Positions 9,826 through 19,533 of a stretch of 64,000 bases of DNA are shown piece by piece. The DNA comes from a virus. Below the pieces are notes generated by a model. It worked only from the letters and a program-made list of their open reading frames with translations. It did no database searches and was not told where the DNA came from. The DNA lies in IMG/VR virus record IMGVR_UViG_3300037010_003037, positions 32,001 through 96,000 of that record, one strand, 5' to 3'. Every line of letters starts with the position of its first letter. Positions within the stretch are counted from its first letter, which is position 1. The position numbers were made by a program, and so were the translations under genes.

Positions 9826-10632
9826 ATGAAAGATTACTACGCTATTCTAGGCCTAGCTAAAGATGCCACTGAAGAAGAAATTAAGTCTGCTTATCGTAAG
9901 TTAGCGATGAAGTACCATCCAGATCGTGAAGGTGGCGATGAAAGCAAATTTAAAGACATCAATGAAGCATATGAAACACTAAGCGATTCTGCCAAGCGAC
10001 GGGTGTATGATGCAAAAAGCCCAGGTAACAAATACACCTCATTCTTTGAAGATTTTTTACGTGGAACGATGTTTACCCAATATGAGGGGTTTTCTAATAT
10101 CCGAACTGCAATGGTTGATATTAATCTGCATGACGCGTATCATGGTGCGCAAAAGATCATACACCTTCATCAGTTTGGTCAATCTGTTACGCTAGATATT
10201 CCACCAGGAATTCAACAAGACCAACGCGTTGGATCTTTTACCGTGCCGAATGGTGTTGTTTATCATGTTCTTGCAAATCTAAAAAATGATCCAAACTATG
10301 ACTATGATGATGGGCGTCATGATCTGAGTCGTAAAGGAAATATCTACGTTAACATAGGCGTTTCTCCGTTCAAAATGATCTGCGGAGGTTTTGTTGAATA
10401 TACGTGCATTGACGGCGATGTAGTACAAGTTCGGATTCCTGAGGGTCTAGGCGCAGGTAAGTTGCTGAAGATTAAGGAACGTGGCTATTGGAAAAATGAA
10501 AAGTGTTCCCACCGTGGTGACTGTTTTCTAAGGGTTACACCTAACATTATGAAGCTTAGTGATTATCCTGCCAGTGACATTAAAATGCTCATGGAAAAAT
10601 ATAAAGAGATTTCTGAACAAAAGCCGGATTAA
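9826..10632 (+). CDS. dnaJ: DnaJ/CbpA-type co-chaperone lacking the Zn-finger
   Basis: J-domain DYYAILG...[12 protein letters not shown]...[13 protein letters not shown]; C-terminal GDxFL motif. Confidence 0.9.
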   Translation: MKDYYAILGLAKDATEEEIKSAYRKLAMKYHPDREGGDESKFKDINEAYETLSDSAKRRVYDAKSPGNKYTSFFEDFLRGTMFTQYEGFSNIRTAMVDINLHDAYHGAQKIIHLHQFGQSVTLDIPPGIQQDQRVGSFTVPNGVVYHVLANLKNDPNYDYDDGRHDLSRKGNIYVNIGVSPFKMICGGFVEYTCIDGDVVQVRIPEGLGAGKLLKIKERGYWKNEKCSHRGDCFLRVTPNIMKLSDYPASDIKMLMEKYKEISEQKPD

Positions 10633-10712
10633 ACATATTAGATCTTGTTAATGATGTTCAATGAAATCATCATTGAATAAATAAAATTTAATTAAACTCA
10701 TACTATATCAAA

Positions 10713-10982
10713 ATGTCTTCATCACCTATCGATGCTGCTATTCTTGCCGCTCTTGACGATGTAATTACAAAGCTTGCTAAAGAACTAGTTGTTCTTAATC
10801 CACTCTTGGATGAAAAAAATGCTGACTTGATAATTACTCACAATGGCAGAGACATTGTAATTCACGCCCCCTTGTATTTCAAGGCCTACATTCCAAAGAA
10901 GTACGATAGTTGGAATGTAGTTTTTGTTGAATCTACAGGTAATGAAATTGACATTGACATTGACAGCATCATATCGATATAA
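10713..10982 (+). CDS. Hypothetical protein
   Basis: 89-aa ORF immediately upstream of thyA. Confidence 0.7.
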   Translation: MSSSPIDAAILAALDDVITKLAKELVVLNPLLDEKNADLIITHNGRDIVIHAPLYFKAYIPKKYDSWNVVFVESTGNEIDIDIDSIISI

Positions 10983-10984
10983 AA

Positions 10985-11911
10985 ATGGAACAACAATATC
11001 TTCAACTGCTTAATGATGTTCTTCTCAATGGAGAAGATCGTATGGATCGTACTGGTGTTGGCACTCGCTCAGTTTTCGGTCGACAGATTCGCTGTGATTT
11101 AAATGACGGTTTCCCAGCCATTACAACAAAGAAATTGTTTTGGAAACCGTTGGTTGCAGAACTACTGTGGTTCATTGAAGGAAGCGGAGATGAGCGCCGG
11201 CTTGCTGAAATCCAACATGGTACTAGAGATGCAAGCGCAATCACCATTTGGACTGCGAACGCGCAAGCCGATTACTGGAAACACAAAGCAAAATTTGATG
11301 GCGATGTCGGACGCATTTATGGAGTCCAATGGAGAAAATGGCGAGGATTTAAGCTAGATTCAGCAGGTCATGCTGTACAACACGATGATCCAAATAAGAC
11401 TATCACGTTTTTTAATGCAAAAGTTCAGCGCTGGGAAGTTGATCAACTTGCTAATATCATTCATTCACTTAAGTCAAATCCGGCAGACCGTCGAATGATC
11501 TTGAGTGCGTTTAACGCTGGCGAGCTTGATCAGATGGCACTTCCACCATGTCATATGTTCGCGCAGTTTCATTGCAGTGAAAAGGGACGTCTTAGTTGTC
11601 AGGTGTACATTCGTTCAAATGATTTGTTTCTTGGACTGCCATTCAACATTGCCAGTTATGCGTTGCTAACACATATGTTAGCACAGGTAACTGGTAAGAC
11701 GGTTGGAGATTTAATCATCACAATTGGCGATGCACACATTTACCTTAATCACATTGAACAGGTAAAAGAACAGCTTACACGGACACCCTTCAAGGCGCCT
11801 TCCTTAGTTCTGAACCCTAACATAATGGATATTAACCAGTTCACGATGAACGATATCATGTTAAAGAACTACGAATCTCACCCAGCTATTAAAGCACCAA
11901 TGGCGGTTTAA
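10985..11911 (+). CDS. thyA: Thymidylate synthase
   Basis: DRTGVGT, ELLWF, YGVQWR, ALPPCH, RSNDLFLGLPFNIASY, GDAHIY, C-terminal MAV. Confidence 0.97.
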   Translation: MEQQYLQLLNDVLLNGEDRMDRTGVGTRSVFGRQIRCDLNDGFPAITTKKLFWKPLVAELLWFIEGSGDERRLAEIQHGTRDASAITIWTANAQADYWKHKAKFDGDVGRIYGVQWRKWRGFKLDSAGHAVQHDDPNKTITFFNAKVQRWEVDQLANIIHSLKSNPADRRMILSAFNAGELDQMALPPCHMFAQFHCSEKGRLSCQVYIRSNDLFLGLPFNIASYALLTHMLAQVTGKTVGDLIITIGDAHIYLNHIEQVKEQLTRTPFKAPSLVLNPNIMDINQFTMNDIMLKNYESHPAIKAPMAV

Positions 11912-11912
11912 T

Positions 11913-12290
11913 ATGTTAAATTTCGTTCCTAAAGATTCTATTTCAAAACAGCTGCTTAAAAGCATTCCACGTAAGTTCGTTACTTGGATGGAAAATATAG
12001 ATCATGACCAAATTAATAAAGGTAAATTTGGTGATCTAGAATGGAGAGTTGACACTGATAAGAGCTGGGTCACAGTGCTTTCCAGAGATATTACTGTAAG
12101 GTGGTCAGGATCTCATAACAATCCATCATGGATTGCTGGGTCTGATCCAGCATTTGAGAACATTGTTGACAACCTTGATTTTTTTGTGAGTGTTGAGAAG
12201 TCTATCTATGATGAGCTTGAAAAACTCCAAGAACATTACATCAGTTTAAATGCAACAGAAATTCCAATCCTCAAAAGCGCAGATAAATGA
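11913..12290 (+). CDS. Hypothetical protein
   Basis: 125-aa ORF in operon. Confidence 0.65.
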   Translation: MLNFVPKDSISKQLLKSIPRKFVTWMENIDHDQINKGKFGDLEWRVDTDKSWVTVLSRDITVRWSGSHNNPSWIAGSDPAFENIVDNLDFFVSVEKSIYDELEKLQEHYISLNATEIPILKSADK

Positions 12291-12696
12291 AATTTTTCGT
12301 CATTTAAGGCCAGTAAGATTTGATTCAAAGTCATTTACTATTGTGCCACAAAGAGATGGCGGTATTTCGTTTATGCTATTACCAAAAGCAAAGGGTGTTT
12401 ATTCTTATTGGGTGTATATTTGTCCAATGAATGCTCCATTCTCAGCTAAGGTTGCGGTGCACAACTTAAGAGACCGAACTAAACGTCAGGTTGAGCCATG
12501 GGGTGAAATTTCATTAAATGATGACCCAATTATTATTCAGCTTTTAAAGTCTGTTATGTCAGAAGAAAAATTATCAACAGAAATATCTAAAATGGCTTTT
12601 GACATAATGATGACGCACTGGGCTGCTGAGGCTAGAAAAGAAAAAGCTAAGTCGTATCATAAAGCAATACAAATTTATAAAGATGATCATCTATGA
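12250..12696 (+). CDS. Hypothetical protein
   Basis: 148-aa ORF overlapping both neighbours. Confidence 0.65.
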   Translation: MQQKFQSSKAQINEIFRHLRPVRFDSKSFTIVPQRDGGISFMLLPKAKGVYSYWVYICPMNAPFSAKVAVHNLRDRTKRQVEPWGEISLNDDPIIIQLLKSVMSEEKLSTEISKMAFDIMMTHWAAEARKEKAKSYHKAIQIYKDDHL

Positions 12697-13175
12697 AAAA
12701 GATCATTTTTGGTGATATCACAACTGCTCACACACATGAAAACAACATTATTGTTCATGGTTGCAATGCTCATGGTGTAATGGGTTCTGGAGTAGCCATG
12801 GCTATTCGAAACAAATGGCCTGGAGCTTTTGATGAATACAGCGCTTACGTAAAGATGAAAGGCGCCGGTAATCCAGAATTGCTTGGTAAGGTTATTCCAT
12901 ATGCTGATAGTGATAATCATATCATAATCGCGAATGCTATCACGCAGCTTGATTTTGGAAAAGATGGAAAAAAGTACGTAAGCTATCAAGCAATTGATAT
13001 GGTGTTCAAAACCATTGCGGAAATTGCTTCTAACTTCAATGGATCACTTGGAATTCATTATCCACAAATTGGTGCAGGATTTGGCGGTGGTGATTGGACT
13101 ATCATTTCTGATATCATCGAAACCGTGTTTGCTAAGTATCCTTATCTAGATCATTATCTTTGGATAATGGAATGA
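12693..13175 (+). CDS. Macrodomain protein (Appr-1''-p processing / ADP-ribose hydrolase family)
   Basis: GDI, HGCNAHGVMGSGVA, NAITQ, PQIGAGFGGGDW. Confidence 0.9.
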   Translation: MKKIIFGDITTAHTHENNIIVHGCNAHGVMGSGVAMAIRNKWPGAFDEYSAYVKMKGAGNPELLGKVIPYADSDNHIIIANAITQLDFGKDGKKYVSYQAIDMVFKTIAEIASNFNGSLGIHYPQIGAGFGGGDWTIISDIIETVFAKYPYLDHYLWIME

Positions 13176-13266
13176 AGCTCAAATTACACCCACTGTACTA
13201 AATGCAAATCACCTTTTGCCATGATTTCAGTAAATAAGGGTATTGGAAAACTTTAAAATTCACATT

Positions 13267-14985
13267 ATGTTACTAAAACTACTACTCTTACAAGAAGCAT
13301 CTAGCCTTAGTATTTCTGAGGTAAAAAAAGCTATTCAAAAAGATAAACGTGTATCTCAAGTTCTAAAAAAGGACTTAAAGCTTTCTGACATTCAGAACCC
13401 AGAAACATTTCTTGCGACGTTGAAATACTATATTTTCAATAATGAAAATGTGCGCAATTTCGTTGAAACACGCAACAACATTCGTGACATTGGTGTTTCT
13501 GAGTTCAAAAGATGGCGAACTTTAAGAGCAAATGAATTAACGGATGAAAACATTGAGTGGTTGAGCGAATTTGTACAACTGCTTTTCAAGGAATACGCTT
13601 ATGTAGAGCGTGGATCAATGTCGTCTAAGTTGAAACGCGAGCTTGAGGACTGGCTAAATTCTAACACCAGCCGCCATGTTCTATCTCCATGGGCTCAAAA
13701 GGAACTTATGTCGATTCCTAATCTTCGCCCAAACAAGCGAGTGCTAGTGTATCGTGGTATCTTGTTTAAGGAACATGATTTAAAGTCAGAAAAATCATAT
13801 GATGGTACGTTGGAAGAAGGTAATGGAATTAAATTCCTAAAATCTATTAAAAATGGCGGGCGTGAAGTTGATCTAACATGGAATAGACCTTCTAGCTGGA
13901 CGGTTGATAAAAACATAGCAGAGCGATTTGCTATGTATGGGCCAGCATCAAGCAGTTTTGATGCCACACTTCAATGGCTAGATCGTTCTATGAAACAACA
14001 AGCCATTGATGGCGCTCTTGGATTTGTCATCTCTACTTTTGCTAGGCCAGAAGATATTCTGATTGATATGCGCAGATTATCGGCAAATGGCATAGCTTTA
14101 AAACATGGTGATGAAGGTGAAATTATTCTGAAACCGGGCACATATACAGCACGTATTGTTAAAAAGTATACTGTTAAAGGTGAGGTTGACCCGGAAGCAG
14201 TTGAATCACATGATAATGAAGAACTGAACAAAGCGATTGAAGCTGCAGATGATTTTGTGAAAACTATGAAAGTTCCTTCTGATCTTGGTGATCTCACTAA
14301 AATTAATGATTCTAACTTTAAAATCATTCGTGCGGCACAAATTGCCCAAGATATACCAAAGTTTAGAAAACTTGTTTTAGACAGTACTACGACACAAGTT
14401 ATTCATGAATTTGATAAGTTACTTGATTTTTATAAGAAAAATTTACATAATCTAGAGAATGATGATCTTAGTGCTGACAATTTAATTAGTAATCAAGATG
14501 TTAAGAAAAGAGCCGATTCACTAAAGAAATTTCTCAATATATTGAGACGTGATGTTCGTCATTCAAAATTTGCTAATTCTGATACATCAAAATCAAAAGG
14601 TAAAATTCATGAGCTTACAGCTGAAGAATTTAGATCAACAATCAATCCTGCTGATCTTAAACCTTTAGAAACTGACTTACTTGTTAAAGGCAGAATAGTT
14701 GAAAAGTCAAACATTAAAACTATTGATTTTCTTGCATCAGCTGCAGGTCTTAAGCTGCCAAGTACACATTTTCACATGCTTAGCGTTGCTAAACAGCAAT
14801 CTTTTTTAAATGAAGTATTCTTTAAGTTTCTAGAAAAACTTGGACTTGAACCTTCAAATGATTATAAAGAAAATGTAACACGTGTTCTTAATCTCTTAAA
14901 GAAGGCGTATCGAAATTACGTCATGATTGATATTATTCAGACTGCTGAAAAAGCCCTTAAGGGAAATGGAGATGAATATTGGTAA
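13267..14985 (+). CDS. R-S-E clade ADP-ribosyltransferase-domain protein (functionally Alt-like, late)
   Basis: VYRG...SSWT...DEGEIIL triad; probable ATG at 13267 (MLLKLLLLQEA); TAAATA at 13231. Confidence 0.7.
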   Translation: MLLKLLLLQEASSLSISEVKKAIQKDKRVSQVLKKDLKLSDIQNPETFLATLKYYIFNNENVRNFVETRNNIRDIGVSEFKRWRTLRANELTDENIEWLSEFVQLLFKEYAYVERGSMSSKLKRELEDWLNSNTSRHVLSPWAQKELMSIPNLRPNKRVLVYRGILFKEHDLKSEKSYDGTLEEGNGIKFLKSIKNGGREVDLTWNRPSSWTVDKNIAERFAMYGPASSSFDATLQWLDRSMKQQAIDGALGFVISTFARPEDILIDMRRLSANGIALKHGDEGEIILKPGTYTARIVKKYTVKGEVDPEAVESHDNEELNKAIEAADDFVKTMKVPSDLGDLTKINDSNFKIIRAAQIAQDIPKFRKLVLDSTTTQVIHEFDKLLDFYKKNLHNLENDDLSADNLISNQDVKKRADSLKKFLNILRRDVRHSKFANSDTSKSKGKIHELTAEEFRSTINPADLKPLETDLLVKGRIVEKSNIKTIDFLASAAGLKLPSTHFHMLSVAKQQSFLNEVFFKFLEKLGLEPSNDYKENVTRVLNLLKKAYRNYVMIDIIQTAEKALKGNGDEYW

Positions 14986-16072
14986 CCTTTCATTAGAAAA
15001 AACTCCACGTAAAGTTTCACAAATAATTTTTGAATTTCTTGCAAATAGGCTTCCAATCCGTGATGGGAAGCGCCGTGGTGAGGGGTTTAAAAATACTGGT
15101 GCGTATCAAATTCGTATTATGCCTGTAGATTCAAAAAATACTAACAATCTACTAAATGAAACATTGTCGCAAATAAAATCTATTAAAGAACAACAGCTTG
15201 AAATAAAAAACGTTAAAGTAAATGCGAAATCACTTCACTCGCAAAAATTTTCAAGCATTCAGTTTGATGTCGACAATATCACGTATGATGTAGTAATTGC
15301 TGCAGGAGCAAATAAAGGTGAATCATTTGAAAATGAAATCTTGTTTAATCTCAATAATTTCATCGCTGGTATAGATGATAATGTAGAAGCCAAAAAAGCA
15401 CTTGAAGCTATTCAATCAGTTGAACCTTCTATTACTCCTGACCAAATTGATATTATTTCAAAGCGTCAAGGAAAAACTCGACGTGCTAACATAAATGATT
15501 CAGATGAGATTGGTAAGATTATTGCTGATCTTATTATCAGAATGAAGAATGGTAATGAACACTATATCTCATTGAAAAACCTGAATGGCACAAACATCGC
15601 GCAATTTGGTATCGCGAGCATCTTTGATGATAATTTGAATGCTAATACATCTAACCCGCTATGGAATAAATGGTTAGCCCCTTTTAATTTGGATTCAAAG
15701 AAGATTACAGCTGGTTTAAAATCTTACCAAACAAAACAAAAACCATCATTTACTACAGAAGAAACTATTAACAAGAAGCTTACACCCAATTCTGCAGCGT
15801 ACGCACTTCTTGAAAATATGTGGGGCACAGGATATATCTATCTTCGTGAGAAAAGAAATGGGTGGGAAGCAATGAAGATAGACAAAGAATACTTAGCGCA
15901 AAATCTTTTAAAAGATCTTGAGATAGTTAAAATTCTTTACCCTTCTGAAGAACGGAAATCTGTTGAAGTATATTTGAAGTTTACTAATGGTAGTTATAGA
16001 GTTAGATTAAGAAATAAGAATGATCCAAAGTGCCTTAAACCTACGATCATTCAGCTTGAAAAAACTAAATAA
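14927..16072 (+). CDS. Putative PD-(D/E)XK nuclease-fold protein
   Basis: GESFE...IADL...YISLK pattern; true start possibly 14966 or 14972. Confidence 0.5.
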   Translation: MILFRLLKKPLREMEMNIGNLSLEKTPRKVSQIIFEFLANRLPIRDGKRRGEGFKNTGAYQIRIMPVDSKNTNNLLNETLSQIKSIKEQQLEIKNVKVNAKSLHSQKFSSIQFDVDNITYDVVIAAGANKGESFENEILFNLNNFIAGIDDNVEAKKALEAIQSVEPSITPDQIDIISKRQGKTRRANINDSDEIGKIIADLIIRMKNGNEHYISLKNLNGTNIAQFGIASIFDDNLNANTSNPLWNKWLAPFNLDSKKITAGLKSYQTKQKPSFTTEETINKKLTPNSAAYALLENMWGTGYIYLREKRNGWEAMKIDKEYLAQNLLKDLEIVKILYPSEERKSVEVYLKFTNGSYRVRLRNKNDPKCLKPTIIQLEKTK

Positions 16073-16111
16073 ATATTTTCTCATTAATAATAAACACTAA
16101 GGACAGGAGTA

Positions 16112-16483
16112 ATGTCAAGACACGAATACGAACATCATGTTCCTCGTAATTACAAAAATAAAAGTAAGCAACGAGTTTCTGAAGATTTTGATGAAAATAG
16201 ACCGGCAAAAATAAGCTTTAAGCCATACTTGCTTCAAATACGTGAGCAAGAAACTATGGATGAAATGTATATTGAGCCCGTTTATAAACCTGGTGAGATT
16301 GTTGATTTAACACCAGAACACGAGAAACAAATTATCGAGGATTTTGTTAGATGGTCTGGAGGATATTACCCAGATGAAATGAATGACTCAGAACTTCAAG
16401 AATATGCCACTAAAGCTTCTGCAGCAGAATTTGATTCAGACACGGTTCTTAGGTTTATACGAAACTACGTTAAGGAAGACTAA
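16112..16483 (+). CDS. Hypothetical protein
   Basis: AGGAG RBS; TAAATA upstream. Confidence 0.7.
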   Translation: MSRHEYEHHVPRNYKNKSKQRVSEDFDENRPAKISFKPYLLQIREQETMDEMYIEPVYKPGEIVDLTPEHEKQIIEDFVRWSGGYYPDEMNDSELQEYATKASAAEFDSDTVLRFIRNYVKED

Positions 16484-16974
16484 TGTTAGTAGTTCCTATT
16501 CACAAAGATACCATTCTTACAAAAGATGGCAATAAATTACGCGTTATAGAGTACACCAACTATAAAGAGGGTGGACCGGCAGTTTACGCAAAGTCTCCTG
16601 CAAAAGAAGTTATTCTTGTTTACTTCTTCGACATCGCAGAGATAAATGGGACAAAAGTAGAATACGAGCGCAGTTCAAAAGTGTTCAGAGCTTTTGGAAA
16701 AATTTTTAGAGAACAGCATCTTCCTCAGCCTGATGATACCATTATTGTCCTTAAGAATAGTATTTCTGATGAAGATCAGAAATCAAGCGCTAAGGTAGAA
16801 TCACTAAAGCTAAAATCAAAATTACTTGGTGTAAATAAAGGGTTGCTTATTAAAGACGATCAAGGAAATTACTATCGTCTAAAACAAATTTTAGATATTG
16901 AGCGTGCTTTAGGTGGAAATAACTTTGACAGAGACGTTTTTATGGCAATGTATAAGGATTATGCGGGAGTCTAA
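16483..16974 (+). CDS. Hypothetical protein
   Basis: TAATG coupling with the previous gene. Confidence 0.7.
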   Translation: MLVVPIHKDTILTKDGNKLRVIEYTNYKEGGPAVYAKSPAKEVILVYFFDIAEINGTKVEYERSSKVFRAFGKIFREQHLPQPDDTIIVLKNSISDEDQKSSAKVESLKLKSKLLGVNKGLLIKDDQGNYYRLKQILDIERALGGNNFDRDVFMAMYKDYAGV

Positions 16975-16976
16975 AT

Positions 16977-17198
16977 ATGAAGATGCTTGGTCAAGAAATT
17001 TATACACACGAAGAATTTAATACTTTTCTTCAGGAAAAATTTAATCCTTTAAAAGCGCACACTGCGGCACATAATGACATGATTATTTTTCAAAAACAAG
17101 AAATTGAAGAGCTAAAGAAAAACTTAAACAGATATAAGATTTTAACTATTGCTGCTATGTTAATATCTATCATTACCGTCGCGTTAACTGTACTATAA
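16977..17198 (+). CDS. Small coiled-coil protein with C-terminal TM anchor
   Basis: Hydrophobic C-terminus ILTIAAMLISIITVALTVL. Confidence 0.65.
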   Translation: MKMLGQEIYTHEEFNTFLQEKFNPLKAHTAAHNDMIIFQKQEIEELKKNLNRYKILTIAAMLISIITVALTVL

Positions 17199-17231
17199 GC
17201 ACTAAATATACCCATATAATATGGAAACGCT

Positions 17232-17450
17232 ATGTCAAAGCTTGATTTTTTCGCTAATCTTGAAGATGAGATAAAATCTCCTAAGAAGAAATACCAGTTG
17301 TTTGAAGCAAAAATAGGCTTTGAGACTGGTAAGGTTCTCATTCCACTTGAGAATGCTGATGCATTTGAAGCCGCCGCTTTAAAAGCTAAACCAAAAACAC
17401 GAACATCATTTTTAGCGTTAGCTAAAAAATTTGGGGGCCGTGCTGAATGA
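17232..17450 (+). CDS. Hypothetical protein
   Basis: 72-aa ORF after CTAAATA at 17202. Confidence 0.65.
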   Translation: MSKLDFFANLEDEIKSPKKKYQLFEAKIGFETGKVLIPLENADAFEAAALKAKPKTRTSFLALAKKFGGRAE

Positions 17451-18118
17451 GTGATTGCTCTCTACAACTTTTTTCTAACAATGCGGTTGCGTTACTTCAA
17501 AACGATGTCTCGCCAACTGATTTAGTTATTCAAGTTCAACCTGGGCTTGGGAAATTTTTCCCGCAACCAACTAATGCTGGTGAGTGGTTTCTAATTACAT
17601 TAGAAACCACTTCTGCACCTTTTCAACATGAGATCATTAAGATCATTGGTAGAACAGGAGATGTTCTTATCGTTGATCCAGCAGGCAGAGGATGGGAAGC
17701 TACCACACCAAGAGCTTGGGCAGCAAACGAAACTCTAGTTGACCATCGTATTACCGCAGGTTCGCTTCGATGTTTTCAACGAAGTACAACATCAAATTTC
17801 GGGGATACTACTCTAGGTCTTACAGTAGAAGTTGGCAATACTGAAAATGCTAACTCTCTTGACATTACTAGGTTAAATAAAACATGCAAGTGGATTGTTA
17901 CTATTGAAACTGCTGATAACAGAATTTGCATGATAGAAATTCTAGCAGTGTATAAGCCAGGTAATCCTATTTGGAATCGCTACTCAAAGGTTGGCGATAA
18001 TATAAGTGTAGCGTTTGATGTACTTGATGCTACAACTCAGATGATTCTTAGCATATCAAATACAGATACATTTAACTTTACAAAAGTAGACGTAATGCGA
18101 TTACAGCACTACGCATGA
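17447..18118 (+). CDS. Virion structural protein (tail/fibre-associated)
   Basis: FSNNA...EIIKI...RGWEATT...RITAG pattern seen at N-termini of tail-fibre-like proteins. Confidence 0.6.
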   Translation: MSDCSLQLFSNNAVALLQNDVSPTDLVIQVQPGLGKFFPQPTNAGEWFLITLETTSAPFQHEIIKIIGRTGDVLIVDPAGRGWEATTPRAWAANETLVDHRITAGSLRCFQRSTTSNFGDTTLGLTVEVGNTENANSLDITRLNKTCKWIVTIETADNRICMIEILAVYKPGNPIWNRYSKVGDNISVAFDVLDATTQMILSISNTDTFNFTKVDVMRLQHYA

Positions 18119-18172
18119 TAAATATTAAACAACCAATAGGTTGAAACCAATCTTTGAAAAAGAGGAGACACG

Positions 18173-19507
18173 ATGTCAACTGATTTCTTTCGCATTTACC
18201 GCGGCTTAGAGCTTGATGAAGCCGCACAATTTCTAACCGGTATCGGTGCTCCAGGAGCTGCTGATGATACTTCTACCGCTCCACGCGGTTCATACTTTAC
18301 AGATACAGCAACTGGCGACTTTTACATTAAGGTGGCGCAAGGTGTTGGTACTGATAAGTGGAAGCGCGTAGCTACTGAAGACTATGTTTCAACCGTGACT
18401 TCTACCGGTATATCGTGGCGTGAACCAGTTGCTGTAATTGATACAACTGCTACCGATGTAACTACACTTAAAGCAGACCTTGATGCTGATAATTTTATCC
18501 AAGGTGTTCCAGTTACAGCTGGGATGCGCATCCTTGGTGCTAATGTTACTGGCAACAAGAATATTTTTGTTGTAAGCGGAACTGCAGGCAACTGGACTCT
18601 GACCGAAGATTTAAATCTAGAATCTGCTGGCGATGCTGTTTATGTTATTGGTGGCGATGATGCTGGCAAGACCTTCCAGTATGATGGCACTAATTGGACA
18701 TGGATCTTAGGTCAAGCAAACACTGAAGATGCATTTATTCGCGCATTTATTGGCAAGGATGCTGCTGGAAATGAGCTACCATTATACACTAGCACGCACG
18801 TTATCAGCAACAATGACAGTCTTGAAACTGCAGCTGGTAAGCTTGATGCAGAAGCAGGATATGCTAATGCGTTCATAGGTAAAACTGGTGTTGGTAATGT
18901 ACTTCCAAACTACAGCTCAGTAAACGTTGTTGCTAATGGCGATAATCTTGAAACAGCTATTGGTAAACTAGATGCTGAGATTGGCCCGGCAGTCGTTAAT
19001 GGAACGGTCATTCAAGCATCCAATACAGCAAATGCAAACATCACTGCTCTTGATGGTGAAGTTGGCCATATCGACACATATCTTGGTAAGACTGCTGGTA
19101 ATAGCACTCCAAATTATTCTTCTACAAGTTTTGTTGCAACTAATGATAGTCTAACAACTGCAGTTGGTAAGCTTGATGCAGCAATTGCATCTACCAGCCT
19201 TACATGTACAGTAACCAATGTAACATCTATTACTGCTGTTGACACCGTTACTGGTGTTGCTGCTGAATGGAATGTTTATATTCGACAGTCTGACACACCT
19301 ACCAACGTTCGTGTATTCAAGGTGTTTGCAATGCATAATGGTACTGACGTTGACAGCACTATTTTCGCGACTCTGTCAAGTGGTGGTGCGATTTCGGGAT
19401 TCCATGCCACTGTCACTCTTAGTGGTGGTAGCCTTGTTCTTAACGTTCAGTCTACAGTAGCCGTTGATGTTAAGGCACAACGTCTGTCTGCTATTGCAGC
19501 GTTTTAA
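18173..19507 (+). CDS. Fibre-like virion structural protein with internal repeats
   Basis: Repeated DxLETAxGKLDA units; Gly/Thr/Ala/Val rich; AGGAG RBS; GATAAATA at 18117. Confidence 0.75.
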   Translation: MSTDFFRIYRGLELDEAAQFLTGIGAPGAADDTSTAPRGSYFTDTATGDFYIKVAQGVGTDKWKRVATEDYVSTVTSTGISWREPVAVIDTTATDVTTLKADLDADNFIQGVPVTAGMRILGANVTGNKNIFVVSGTAGNWTLTEDLNLESAGDAVYVIGGDDAGKTFQYDGTNWTWILGQANTEDAFIRAFIGKDAAGNELPLYTSTHVISNNDSLETAAGKLDAEAGYANAFIGKTGVGNVLPNYSSVNVVANGDNLETAIGKLDAEIGPAVVNGTVIQASNTANANITALDGEVGHIDTYLGKTAGNSTPNYSSTSFVATNDSLTTAVGKLDAAIASTSLTCTVTNVTSITAVDTVTGVAAEWNVYIRQSDTPTNVRVFKVFAMHNGTDVDSTIFATLSSGGAISGFHATVTLSGGSLVLNVQSTVAVDVKAQRLSAIAAF

Positions 19508-19533
19508 TTAATGTAACTTTGAAGAGATTGTAA

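Noticed and set aside
10985-11911. dCMP hydroxymethylase or other modified-base synthase instead of ThyA
   Set aside because: Retains the dUMP-specifying Asn (PFNIASY) and canonical ThyA motifs; no intron seen
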